Assembly: GCA_030537895.1 (NCBI GenBank) | Contig: JAUNVA010000002.1 | Location: 69,949-133,948 of the forward strand | DNA from: Bowdeniella nasicola | Lineage (GTDB): Bacteria; Actinomycetota; Actinomycetes; Actinomycetales; Actinomycetaceae | Reading direction: 5' to 3' | Length of the DNA: 64,000 nt | Notes under the pieces: generated by a model | Told to the model about the DNA's origin: nothing | The model's database searches: none | The model's input: the letters and a program-made list of their open reading frames with translations, nothing else | Program-made: the position numbers and the translations under genes | In this document: piece by piece, positions 37,498 through 46,403 of the stretch | How positions within the stretch are numbered: the stretch's first letter is position 1 | Layout of the letters: each line of letters begins with the position of its first letter

Positions 37498-38945
37498 GAG
37501 GAGCTCCCGGCGTTGCGGCGTCTCCAGGCATCCGCGAAGGCGACCGTCAGAGCGATCAGGAGCATCGCGACCGTGACGCGCAAGGACACGGAGAAGGCGT
37601 AGCCGTAGGAAGCGCTCGCGTCGCCACCGGCGGAAAGCTGGGTGGTGAAGAACACGGACGTCATGACGGCGAGTCCAACGGAGGCCCCGACCCGCTGCGT
37701 CGTCTGGAGGACGCCCCCGGCGGTCCCGCCCTCGCGGACGGGGACGTCGGCGAGGGTGAGCGCCTGGTTGGGGGAGATCACGACTCCGGAGCCGAATCCG
37801 GCAAATGCCATGAGCACCGCGAGCAGCCACGGCATGATCGCGGGCGGCGCCACCATGGTGGCGATATCCATCGCGACGATACCGACGGTCATGATCGCGA
37901 TTCCCCCGACCACGAGCCAGCGGCCGTAGCGTGGCAGCAGGTGACCTGATTGGGCGGAGGAGATACCGCCCGTGATCGCGAACGGCAGGGACACGAGGCC
38001 CGCGACGAGGGCCGAACGGCCGAGTCCGGACTGCACGTAGACCGAGACCACGATCCAGATCCCTGTGAAGCCCGCGAAGTAGGCGGTGCCAACGGCGGTG
38101 CCGAATACGAAACCGGTGTTGCGCATGAGGTGACGCGGCAGGATCGCCGAGGACCCGCGCCCATCCAGCCACAGCTCCCAGGCCATGAACGCCGCGTAGC
38201 CAACGGCGGCGATGCCAAGCAACCACCAGGGCGCAGCCGCCAGCCCGCCGCTCTGGGTCCCAAGGAAGGGCAGCATGAGCGCGCATACGGTAATGCCCAG
38301 CAGGATCAGACCAACCGCGTCCAGGCTGAGGGAACCGTCGGGGTCCTTCACGTGGGCGGGCAGGTGCTGGCGCGCCTTCACCATGAGCAGGATCCCGATC
38401 GGGATGTTCACGAGGAAGATCGCGCGCCAGCCGATCTCCGGACCGAGGCCCGCAATGAGGACGCCGCCGAGGACCGGACCGAGCGCCGTCGATGCACCGA
38501 TGGAGGCCCCGAACAGTCCGAACGCGCGTGCTCGCTCGGGACCGATGTACAGCTGCTGGATGAGTCCCACGACCTGTGGATTGATGAGCGCGCCACCAAC
38601 GCCCTGCAGGAGGCGGAAAGCTGAGAGTAGGTCCGCACTGGGAGCGAGTCCGCAGGCGAGGGAGGCCCCGACGAAGAGTGCCACGCCGACGATGAGGACG
38701 CGGCGCCGCCCGAAGACGTCACCAAAGCGGCCGGCCGGCACCAGCATGAGGCCGAAGGAAAGCGAGTAGCCGGCCACGATCAGCTGGATGTGGGTGGTAC
38801 TCGCATCCAGCGAGGCCTCGATAGCGGGCAGGGCGATGTTGACGATTGAGACATCGAGCAGCGTCATGAACCCGGCCGCGAGGATCACCGCGAACGCTTT
38901 GCGGCGTTGCGGTTCTGGGAGGCGAGGAGGCGGGGTAGACGTCAT
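37494..38945 (-). CDS. MFS transporter, 14-TM DHA2 (EmrB/QacA-like) drug:proton antiporter family
   Basis: Start ATG 38945. LDVSIVNIALP, GRFGDVFGRRRV (motif A-like), about 14 hydrophobic segments. Confidence 0.85.
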   Translation of the reverse strand: MTSTPPPRLPEPQRRKAFAVILAAGFMTLLDVSIVNIALPAIEASLDASTTHIQLIVAGYSLSFGLMLVPAGRFGDVFGRRRVLIVGVALFVGASLACGLAPSADLLSAFRLLQGVGGALINPQVVGLIQQLYIGPERARAFGLFGASIGASTALGPVLGGVLIAGLGPEIGWRAIFLVNIPIGILLMVKARQHLPAHVKDPDGSLSLDAVGLILLGITVCALMLPFLGTQSGGLAAAPWWLLGIAAVGYAAFMAWELWLDGRGSSAILPRHLMRNTGFVFGTAVGTAYFAGFTGIWIVVSVYVQSGLGRSALVAGLVSLPFAITGGISSAQSGHLLPRYGRWLVVGGIAIMTVGIVAMDIATMVAPPAIMPWLLAVLMAFAGFGSGVVISPNQALTLADVPVREGGTAGGVLQTTQRVGASVGLAVMTSVFFTTQLSAGGDASASYGYAFSVSLRVTVAMLLIALTVAFADAWRRRNAGSSS

Positions 38946-39026
38946 GAACGCTGTTCTACCACGGTGCCGCCCACCTGGCATCTGGCCCGGACGTGGGAGG
39001 CGGTGGGCTCTCGTTAAGATGGACGC

Positions 39027-39404
39027 ATGGCCAAGCGGATCGAGGCGTCACGCGGCCTGGCGGCGCTGACCGCCTACGAGCGTGCAGGACGCGACATCGC
39101 GCGCGCCGACCTCCTGTGTGCGGTGCGTTTCTCCCTCCAAGAGTTCGCCGAGCGCCATCCCGGCCGCGCCGTCGAAGTGCGGGTACCACCGGCGGCCGCC
39201 GTACAGGTGTTCGCGGGCACAACACACACGCGCGGGACGCCACCGAACGTCGTCGAGACGGACCCGCACACATGGCTGGCGCTGGCCACCGGCCGCGAAA
39301 CCTGGGCCGACGCCTGCGCGCGCGGCGCCGTACAGTGGTCGGGGACGCGCGCGAACCTCGCCGCTGCCCTGCCCTACCTCCCCTCCAGCAAGGACTCGCA
39401 GTGA
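39027..39404 (+). CDS. Sterol-carrier-family (SCP2-like) small protein, actinobacterial conserved
   Basis: 125 aa. The C-terminal TWLALATGRETWADACARGAVQWSGTRANL is typical of this family. Confidence 0.65.
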   Translation: MAKRIEASRGLAALTAYERAGRDIARADLLCAVRFSLQEFAERHPGRAVEVRVPPAAAVQVFAGTTHTRGTPPNVVETDPHTWLALATGRETWADACARGAVQWSGTRANLAAALPYLPSSKDSQ

Positions 39405-39856
39405 ACACACCGGCACTCGGCCCGCGCCGCGACCCGCACCCCATCCCCCCGACCGAACGCGCCCGACTGAGGGATGCCGCGCGGGAAGAGACGGCAGATA
39501 CCGGCGTCGAGACGGACCGCGAGGCTGCGGCCTCCAGCGCCGAGACGGGCCACGAGGCTGCGGCCCCCAGTGCCGATGAGCTTGCCGCCGCCGGTGACGT
39601 CGAGGTCGCCCACCGCGCCGCGCCACGCTACGGCCGCTTCATGGCGGCCGGCCTACTGGCGGGCGCGTTGGTGGCCTTCATCATCGCGATCGTGACGCGG
39701 GGCTGGTCGGCGCTGTCCACCTCGGACACCTTCTGGCTGCTCACGATTTCCCTCGGGTTCATCGGCCTGGCCCTCGGTGCCGCCCTGGCCCTCTACCTCG
39801 ACCGGCGCTCTTTGCGCGCCCTCGCACGTCAACTGCCCGATGCGGGGGAGCGTTAG
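39401..39856 (+). CDS. Hypothetical membrane protein with an internal 33-nt tandem repeat
   Basis: GTGA overlap with the upstream gene, high GC3, two TM helices (FMAAGLLAGALVAFIIAIV, FWLLTISLGFIGLALGAALALYL). Confidence 0.55.
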   Translation: MNTPALGPRRDPHPIPPTERARLRDAAREETADTGVETDREAAASSAETGHEAAAPSADELAAAGDVEVAHRAAPRYGRFMAAGLLAGALVAFIIAIVTRGWSALSTSDTFWLLTISLGFIGLALGAALALYLDRRSLRALARQLPDAGER

Positions 39857-41360
39857 TGCCTCGCCGCCGGATTAGCCTCACGGTCGACGCCGCCGAGATC
39901 GACACCGCCCTGGCGGCTCTGCGCGAAGAGCTCGACATCCGTGAGGACTTCCCCGCCGCTGCTCTCGCCGAAGCCCAGGCGGCCGCCGCCCGGCCCCTGC
40001 CCGAGCCGGGCGGGAGCGCACCCGAGCAACGACCCTGCGTGCCGGTGGCCGACCGCCGGGACATTCCCTTCGTCACCGTGGACCCGCCCACCTCGATGGA
40101 CCTCGATCAGGCCGCCGCACTCGAGGAGACAGAGGACGGCTACCGCCTCTTTTACGCGATTGCGTGCCTCGCATTCGTCGTCGAACCGGGCGGCGCCCTC
40201 GACGCGGAGGTGCACCGCCGCGGAACCTCGATGTACGGGCCAGGCGACGTCGTCCAGCTGCACCCTCGGGTACTGTCGACCGACGCCGCCAGTCTCCTCC
40301 CGGGCGTCGACCGTCTCGCCTACGTGTGGCGCATCGAGATCGACCACGCGGGAACGCTCCACGATGCCCACGTCGAGCCGGCGCTCGTGCGCTCGCGGGT
40401 GAAACTCTCCTACGACGACGTCCAGGCGGCCCTCGAGGGACGCGCAGTGCTCCCCGCGGGGACGCCCGAGAACTTCCCGGGCTGTTGCAGGCCTTCGGAC
40501 AGGCGCGCCTAGCAGCGGAGGTCGAGCGCGGCGGTGTCTCGCTGGATATCCCCGAACAGGAGATCCACGACGGCGAGGCCGGCTACTCACTCGCCTACCG
40601 AGCGAACGTCGCGGTCGAGTCCTACAACGCGCAGCTCTCGCTCGTGACCGGGATCGCGGCCGCCCAGATGATGCGTGCGGCCGGCGTCGGGATCCTGCGC
40701 ACGCTACCGCCCGCCGAGCAGCGCGACCTCACGCGGCTGCGGCACACGGCACGCGCGCTCGGGCTCGAGTGGCCGGAGACGACGCCCTATGCCGACTTCG
40801 TTCGCTCCCTCTCCTCGGCCGATCCGGCCGAGGCGGCGTTCATGAACGAGGCGACGACACTCTTCCGCGGCGCCGGCTACGAGACCTTCCGTGACGGCGC
40901 CCCGAGCGAGCCCCATCCGCACGCGGCCATTGCTGCCGAGTACGCACACGTGACCGCGCCGCTGCGTCGCCTCGTGGACCGTTACGGCCTCGAGATCTGT
41001 GCCGCCCACTGCGCGGGCCGGGAGGTTCCCGCATGGGTACGGGCCGCCCTTGATGAGCTCCCCGCCGAGATGGCGGATGCCACCCGCCTCGCGAACCGCT
41101 ACGAGCGCAGTGCCGTCGACATCGTGGAGGCCGGCATCCTTGCCGGCCACGTCGGAGAGACCTTTGCCGCCGTCGTCGTGGAGGAACGCAAGGAAGGCGG
41201 GATCGTCCTGCTGCGCACCCCGGCCGTGCGCGGGTACGTGACCGGCGACCTGAGTGCCGGAACGCAGGTGCGCGTGCGCGTTCTCGCGGCTGACGTCCCC
41301 GCGGGGTCCGTCGAGCTCGAGCTGGTGACCGAGGCAGCCAAGAATGCCGACGCCCTGTGA
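39856..41360 (+). pseudogene. RNB-domain (RNase II/R family) ribonuclease, reading frame broken by a single frameshift near 40450-40480
   Basis: The N-terminal part (…FVTVDPPTSMDLDQA…YAIACLAFVV…MYGPGDVVQLHP) is in the frame of ORF 39856-40512. The rest (LPGLLQAFGQARLAAEVERGGVSLDIPEQEI…AHVTAPLRRLVDRYG…) is in the frame of ORF 40164-41360. Confidence 0.75.
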
Positions 41361-41397
41361 GAGACTGAGGCACGTGGGAGCACGCGTAGGCAGTCAT

Positions 41398-42834
41398 ATG
41401 CCCGAGATCCTCGAGGACGAGCCGCATGAGGAATGCGGCGTCTTTGGTGTCTGGGCACCCGGTGAGGACGTCGCCCGCCTCAGCTACTTTGGGCTCTATG
41501 CCCTGCAGCACCGCGGCACCCAATCCGCCGGAATCGCGACGTGCGACGGCGACGCCATCCTCGTGTACAAGGACATGGGCCTGGTCTCCCAGGTCTTCGA
41601 TGATCGCTCGCTCACGACCCTGAGCGGCCACATGGCGATCGGCCACGTGCGCTACGCCACGACCGGAGCCTCCTCCTGGGAGAACGCCCAACCCACGCTC
41701 GGCCCTACGAGCTGCGGCACGGTGGCGCTCGCACACAACGGCAATCTGACCAATATGACGGCTCTTGCCGAGCGCGTCCGCACGCTCTACGGGATCGATC
41801 TGTCTGGGGAGGCGGGCCGTGGGTCCTCCACCGATACGGCCGTCATCACGGCCCTGCTACGCGGAGTCGACGGCGAAGCCGAGGCACCCCACACCCTGAA
41901 GGATATTGCCGAGCAGGTCCTGCCAGACCTGCACGGCGCGTTCTCCCTCGTGTTCATGGATGAGAACACTCTCTACGCGGCGCGCGACCGGCACGGCCTG
42001 CGCCCCCTCGTCCTCGGGCGGTTGCCCGGCGGGTGGGCGATCGCCTCGGAGTCCGCCGCGCTCGACATCGTCGGCGCCTCCTTCGCCCGCGAGGTCGAGC
42101 CGGGCGAGCTCCTCATGATCGACGCCGACGGCGTGCGCTCGACCCGCTTCGCTGAGGCGAAACCCGCGGGCTGCATCTTCGAATACGTCTACCTTGCCCG
42201 CCCCGACACCACGATCGCGGGGCGCTCGGTCATGAGCGCGCGAACCGAGATGGGGCGGGCGCTCGCCCGCGAACACCCCGTCGAGGCCGATCTCGTGATC
42301 CCCACACCCGACTCGGGCACGCCCGCTGCCGTCGGCTACGCCCAAGAGTCCGGTATCCCGTTCGCCCAGGGCCTCGTGAAGAACGCCTACGTGGGACGCA
42401 CCTTCATTCAGCCCACCCAGCACATCCGTCAACTGGGCATCCGGTTGAAACTCAACCCCTTAAGGGACGTGATCTCGGGCCAGCGGCTCGTCGTCGTCGA
42501 CGACTCCATCGTGCGCGGCAACACGCAACGCGCACTCGTGGGGATGCTGCGCGAGGCGGGGGCTGCGCAGGTGCACGTGCGAATCTCCTCGCCGCCGGTC
42601 ACCTGGCCGTGTTTCTACGGCATCGATTTCGCGACCCGCGCCGAACTCATCGCGAACGGCATGTCGACCGAACAGATCTGTCAGAACATCGGCGCCGACT
42701 CCCTCGGATTTATCTCACATGATGCGATGGTCGAGGCGACGACGATTCCCTCCTCCCGCCTGTGCAGCGCCTGCTTCACCGGGCACTACCCAGCTTCCAC
42801 CCCCGAGCACTTCACGCCCAAAGGAGTACGATGA
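41398..42834 (+). CDS. purF: Amidophosphoribosyltransferase
   Basis: N-terminal nucleophile context ECGVFGVW, PRPP motif LVVVDDSIVRGNT, C-terminal Fe-S cysteines. Start ATG 41398 (an upstream GTG is possible). Confidence 0.93.
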   Translation: MPEILEDEPHEECGVFGVWAPGEDVARLSYFGLYALQHRGTQSAGIATCDGDAILVYKDMGLVSQVFDDRSLTTLSGHMAIGHVRYATTGASSWENAQPTLGPTSCGTVALAHNGNLTNMTALAERVRTLYGIDLSGEAGRGSSTDTAVITALLRGVDGEAEAPHTLKDIAEQVLPDLHGAFSLVFMDENTLYAARDRHGLRPLVLGRLPGGWAIASESAALDIVGASFAREVEPGELLMIDADGVRSTRFAEAKPAGCIFEYVYLARPDTTIAGRSVMSARTEMGRALAREHPVEADLVIPTPDSGTPAAVGYAQESGIPFAQGLVKNAYVGRTFIQPTQHIRQLGIRLKLNPLRDVISGQRLVVVDDSIVRGNTQRALVGMLREAGAAQVHVRISSPPVTWPCFYGIDFATRAELIANGMSTEQICQNIGADSLGFISHDAMVEATTIPSSRLCSACFTGHYPASTPEHFTPKGVR

Positions 42835-43931
42835 CGCGCCCCTCCCTCACCTATGCCGCCGCCGGCGTCGACACTCAGGCCGGTGACCGCGCCGTGGACC
42901 TCATGAAGGCCGCCGTGGGCGCGACCCACGGTCCACACGTGTACGGCGACTTCGGGGGATTCGCCGGCCTATTCGACGCTTCTGCCCTGCGCGAGTACAC
43001 CCGGCCGCTGCTCGCCACCTCAACCGACGGCGTCGGCACAAAGGTGGATCTCGCCCGCCGACTCGACGTGCACGACACGATCGGTCAGGACCTCGTTGCA
43101 ATGGTCGTTGACGACATCGTCGTGATGGGCGCGCGGCCCCTCTTTATGACCGACTACATCGCCTGTGGTGAAGTGGTGCCCGAACGGATCTCGGCGATCG
43201 TCACCGGCATCGCGAACGCCTGCGCCGCCTGCGACACGGCGCTGCTCGGTGGGGAGACCGCCGAGCACCCGGGCCTGCTCGCGCCCGAGGAGTACGACAT
43301 CGCGGGCGCCGTGACCGGCGTCGTCGAGGAAGGTGAGATGCTTGGCGCCCACCGGGTGCGCCCCGGCGACGTGCTGCTCGCCCTTGCCTCCTCGGGTCTG
43401 CACTCAAACGGATACTCGCTCGTGCGCGCGGCCCTGGCCGCGGCCGACGTCGACCTTGAGGCCCACGACGACGAGTTCGGTCGGACCGTCGGCGAGGAGC
43501 TCTTGGAGCCGACCCGCCTCTACACCCCGATCTGCCTGCCACTCCTCGCGCAGGGCGGCGTGCATGCGATGGCACACGTGACTGGCGGCGGGCTGGCAGC
43601 AAACCTCGCGCGGGTGCTCCCGAAGGGGTTGCGTGGGCGGGTGATCCGTTCCTCGTGGCAGGTGCCGCCGGTCTTCACCGCTGTGCAGGCCTGGGGTCAA
43701 GTGCCGATCGAGGATCTGGAGAACACGCTGAACCTCGGCGTCGGCATGGTGCTCGTGTGCGACCCGCAGAAGGTCGATGATATTCGGGTGGCCGTCCAGA
43801 CGACGGACTGCGACGCCTGGGTCCTTGGCGAGGTCGCCGAGGACGGCGAGCAGGTCAGCGGGACATACGTGAGCGGAACGAAGGGTGTGGACGGCGGCAG
43901 CGTCGAACTGATCGGCCAATATCGGAACTGA
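42831..43931 (+). CDS. purM: Phosphoribosylformylglycinamidine cyclo-ligase (AIR synthetase)
   Basis: ATGA overlap with purF. YAAAGVD, DGVGTK, ALASSGLHSNGYSL. Confidence 0.93.
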   Translation: MTRPSLTYAAAGVDTQAGDRAVDLMKAAVGATHGPHVYGDFGGFAGLFDASALREYTRPLLATSTDGVGTKVDLARRLDVHDTIGQDLVAMVVDDIVVMGARPLFMTDYIACGEVVPERISAIVTGIANACAACDTALLGGETAEHPGLLAPEEYDIAGAVTGVVEEGEMLGAHRVRPGDVLLALASSGLHSNGYSLVRAALAAADVDLEAHDDEFGRTVGEELLEPTRLYTPICLPLLAQGGVHAMAHVTGGGLAANLARVLPKGLRGRVIRSSWQVPPVFTAVQAWGQVPIEDLENTLNLGVGMVLVCDPQKVDDIRVAVQTTDCDAWVLGEVAEDGEQVSGTYVSGTKGVDGGSVELIGQYRN

Positions 43932-43960
43932 AGCTCGCCTCAGTCAGGGGCTTCACAACA

Positions 43961-43989
43961 CAGGACCCGGCGCTTGGCGCCGGGTCCTG
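43961..43989. terminator. Bidirectional hairpin between purM and the convergent DUF3073 gene
   Basis: CAGGACCCGGCGC-ttg-GCGCCGGGTCCTG, a 13-bp stem. Confidence 0.7.
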
Positions 43990-43993
43990 AATG

Positions 43994-44179
43994 CTAGAGG
44001 TACTCGCTCCAGTCCTCGTCGGTAGCTGGAGGAATCTCATCACCGTAGCCATCGTCGCCGTTGGCACGACGTGCTGCAGTGAGCTCTCGTTCGAGAGCCT
44101 TATAGTCGGTCTGCGGGCTGAAGTATTTCAGCTTCCGTGCGACTTTCGTCTGCTTGGCCTTTTGACGGCCGCGCCCCAT
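43994..44179 (-). CDS. DUF3073-family small protein
   Basis: MGRGRQKAKQTKVARKLKYFSPQTDY...DEDWSEYL, the characteristic actinobacterial DUF3073 sequence found next to purM. Confidence 0.85.
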   Translation of the reverse strand: MGRGRQKAKQTKVARKLKYFSPQTDYKALERELTAARRANGDDGYGDEIPPATDEDWSEYL

Positions 44180-44528
44180 GGCGAGACCCCCTCCACGTCG
44201 ATGCGGGGCGGCATCCGCGACGGATGCGGCCCCTCGGTTCTTAGATGTGTCGTGTCATAACCGTACAGGTTTTAGGCTCTCTTCGCTATTCGGGTGTTGC
44301 CTAGTGAACATCGTCGAGCCCTGGTTTTCGCCCGATTCCCGCAACACCACGACGCCCTCGTCCCGTCCCGCCGCGGCGTGGCGCGGCGGGTTTGGTGCGG
44401 TTGGCGAGCGTGGTGCCACCGCGTTCAGTAGGTGGGCGTCCCGCCCCGGCTGGGACGATAGGCCCGCGTGCACCGTCGTCGTGAGCCATAGCCTGGACGA
44501 GCATGATAAGGGAGAAGGAGCGTGCGAC

Positions 44529-44786
44529 GTGGAGCCAGCACAGGTGGCCACTGAGGCCATGTTGACTCCGGGCGAGGTTGCCCAGCTATTTCGAGTCCAG
44601 CCGAAGACCGTGGCGCGGTGGGCCGACGACGGCAAAATTGCGGTGGCCCGCACCCTCGGGGGACACCGTCGCTTTCGCGTGAGTGACGTCGAGCGTCTCA
44701 TGCGTCGCCTCGGCACTCTCGGCGAAGACGAACGCCTCGCGCTCCCCATCCGGATGCCCACCCCGGCCGCGACCGCCCGACCCTAG
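44529..44786 (+). CDS. BldC-like / excisionase-family (MerR-type HTH) small DNA-binding protein
   Basis: GGAGAAGGAG RBS 8 nt before GTG 44529. MLTPGEVAQLFRVQPKTVARWADDGKIAVARTLGGHRRFR is the helix-turn-helix core. Confidence 0.75.
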   Translation: MEPAQVATEAMLTPGEVAQLFRVQPKTVARWADDGKIAVARTLGGHRRFRVSDVERLMRRLGTLGEDERLALPIRMPTPAATARP

Positions 44787-44864
44787 CGCGGTGCGCGATG
44801 CCCGACGCACTCACGAATGCGGCCCCGGTGAGGTGATCATCGGGGCCGCAGGCGGAAGAGGGGG

Positions 44865-45215
44865 TTAGCGCTTCAAGGACAGGCCGATCAGCGCCACGAG
44901 GCTGGCCGCCGCCACGCCCGCGATCGCGATCGTCTTCGTGTCTCCTCGCTTGACGTCGTCCATGAACACCTTGGCGTGCATGGAGGCCTCATCGGCGAAT
45001 ACCTTGGCGGCGCGCTTCGCGTCGTCGGTCGCGCTGTTCGCGCTCTTCGAGGCGTCCTTGGCCTTGCTCATGAAGGACGCCTTGACACTCTCGATGCTCG
45101 ACTTCGGGTTGACACGGTTCGCGAGCTGATTCACCGAATCAGCAAGTTCCTTGCGGCGCCGATCCAGATCCTTCTGGATATCCTTCACCGAGCGGTTGTC
45201 CTTCTCTTCGCTCAC
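44865..45215 (-). CDS. DUF3618-like protein with C-terminal TM anchor
   Basis: GTGA overlap with the upstream holin-like gene. SVKDIQKDLDRRRKELADSVNQLANRVNP coiled region. C-terminal IAIAGVAAASLVALIGL. Confidence 0.7.
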   Translation of the reverse strand: MSEEKDNRSVKDIQKDLDRRRKELADSVNQLANRVNPKSSIESVKASFMSKAKDASKSANSATDDAKRAAKVFADEASMHAKVFMDDVKRGDTKTIAIAGVAAASLVALIGLSLKR

Positions 45216-45658
45216 TTCTTCAGTCCCTTCTTCATGGCGCCGACGCTCTCCTTGAGCCCACCGACGGGATCGGGCATGTCCTGCTTTTGGGAGGCCTTGA
45301 TCTTGCTCAACCCCACGAGCGCGATGATCACCGCGATGAGGACCAATACAAGGCCGATGATGAGAGCCGACAGCCACAGGGGCACGGCGTGGGCAAGACC
45401 GTGGATTGCCGAGTAGAGCAGCACGGGAACCGCGTAGAGGGCAAGGAGAAGGCCAGCCACCGCGAGCATCGCGCCGCCGATCCCGAGACGGGAGAATTTC
45501 TGCACGAGCTGCGCCTGTGCGAGCTTGATTTCGTCACGCACCAGCGCGGAGAACGTCTGTGAGACGTCCGCGACCAGCTCGCCGATCGTTTTCTTGGGCG
45601 CCACCTTGTCGGCAACGGTGCTCGGGCTCTTCGGCCCGGGTGTTCCTTGGGTACTCAC
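45212..45658 (-). CDS. Actinobacterial holin-X / phage-holin-family-like membrane protein (non-phage context)
   Basis: ELVADVSQTFSALVRDEIKLAQAQL followed by two long TM helices. Paired with the DUF3618 gene as in many actinobacteria. Confidence 0.7.
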   Translation of the reverse strand: MSTQGTPGPKSPSTVADKVAPKKTIGELVADVSQTFSALVRDEIKLAQAQLVQKFSRLGIGGAMLAVAGLLLALYAVPVLLYSAIHGLAHAVPLWLSALIIGLVLVLIAVIIALVGLSKIKASQKQDMPDPVGGLKESVGAMKKGLKK

Positions 45659-45858
45659 CTGGTCACTCCTTTACGGTCGGTAAGCCGTGCTGCCTCCCAT
45701 CTTTGCCTTTTTTCGATGTCGGCGCACGTTCATCGGTGGGATAAACCGGAGCGTCGCGGCGAGATATCCCACGTCGGGAGGCTGGGGATGAGCACGCACG
45801 GTGTTAGCGTTGAGACAGACCCGGGGGTGCCCCCGCGAGAGCGAGACGAAGGAAGATC

Positions 45859-46128
45859 ATGACCGTGCGTGACGTAACGAACCGCCTGAGCGGCGCCGTG
45901 GCTGCCGCGCTCGTGCTGTGGGCGGGTGCGGCCCCGGCAAGCGCAGCGGGCCCGACTCTGGCTGATACCGGTGCCGAAATTACCGGCATCGCCCTCATCG
46001 CGCTCGTCCTCATCGGAGCGGGGGTCCTGCTCATGTGGCGGCGCCGCTCGACGGCGGATTCCGCGCCCTCCGACGGCGCGGACGTATCCGAGGAAGACCC
46101 GAACGCTCCGGGTGGCCCAGTCGGCTGA
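45859..46128 (+). CDS. Minimal sortase-substrate-like protein: signal peptide directly followed by LADTG sorting motif, TM helix and RRR stop-transfer
   Basis: AAGGAAG RBS. MTVRD…LVLWAGAAPASA|AGPT-LADTG-AEITGIALIALVLIGAGVLLMW-RRRS plus a 28-aa acidic tail. Followed by a terminator hairpin. Confidence 0.65.
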   Translation: MTVRDVTNRLSGAVAAALVLWAGAAPASAAGPTLADTGAEITGIALIALVLIGAGVLLMWRRRSTADSAPSDGADVSEEDPNAPGGPVG

Positions 46129-46151
46129 CCTCAAAAATAGAGGAACACAAC

Positions 46152-46184
46152 AAAAGGACCCCTGCCGTGAGGCGGGGGTCCTTT
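46152..46184. terminator. Bidirectional rho-independent terminator (A-tract/hairpin/T-tract) shared by the LADTG gene and the tRNA cluster
   Basis: AAAA-GGACCCCTGCC-gtga-GGCGGGGGTCC-TTT. Confidence 0.8.
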
Positions 46185-46185
46185 G

Positions 46186-46258
46186 TGGCTCCGACCGGCG
46201 TCGATCCGGTGACCTTCCGATTTTCAGTCGGACGCTCTACCAACTGAGCTACAGAGCC
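46186..46258 (-). tRNA. tRNA-Phe (GAA)
   Basis: The reverse complement GGCTCTGTAGCTCAGTTGGTAGAGCGTCCGACTGAAAATCGGAAGGTCACCGGATCGACGCCGGTCGGAGCCA folds as a cloverleaf with anticodon loop CTGAAAA. Confidence 0.93.
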
Positions 46259-46306
46259 CGGAACACGATCACCCGGTCAGAAACTCGGACCGGGTGACAT
46301 GCTCTG

Positions 46307-46380
46307 CGACCCCGACGGGACTTGAACCCGCGACCTCCGCCGTGACAGGGCGGCGCGCTAACCAACTGCGCTACGGGGCC
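46307..46380 (-). tRNA. tRNA-Asp (GTC)
   Basis: Reverse complement GGCCCCGTAGCGCAGTTGGTTAGCGCGCCGCCCTGTCACGGCGGAGGTCGCGGGTTCAAGTCCCGTCGGGGTCG, anticodon loop CTGTCAC. Confidence 0.93.
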
Positions 46381-46403
46381 TCGTGGTGAGACCTTCGGTT
46401 TCG

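Noticed and set aside
36226-38286. 686-aa track ORF suggesting one very large minus-strand protein.
   Set aside because: Upstream of 37497 it overlaps the well-supported MFS transporter in a different frame, and its translation there is Arg/Pro/Gly-rich noise. Only the portion from GTG 37497 was retained.
45212-45658. Holin-family gene, plus the amidase at 20197-21123, as remnants of a prophage lysis cassette.
   Set aside because: The two are 25 kb apart. There are no phage structural, integrase or repressor genes anywhere in the window. The amidase has a lipoprotein signal and the holin-like gene has its usual DUF3618 partner.
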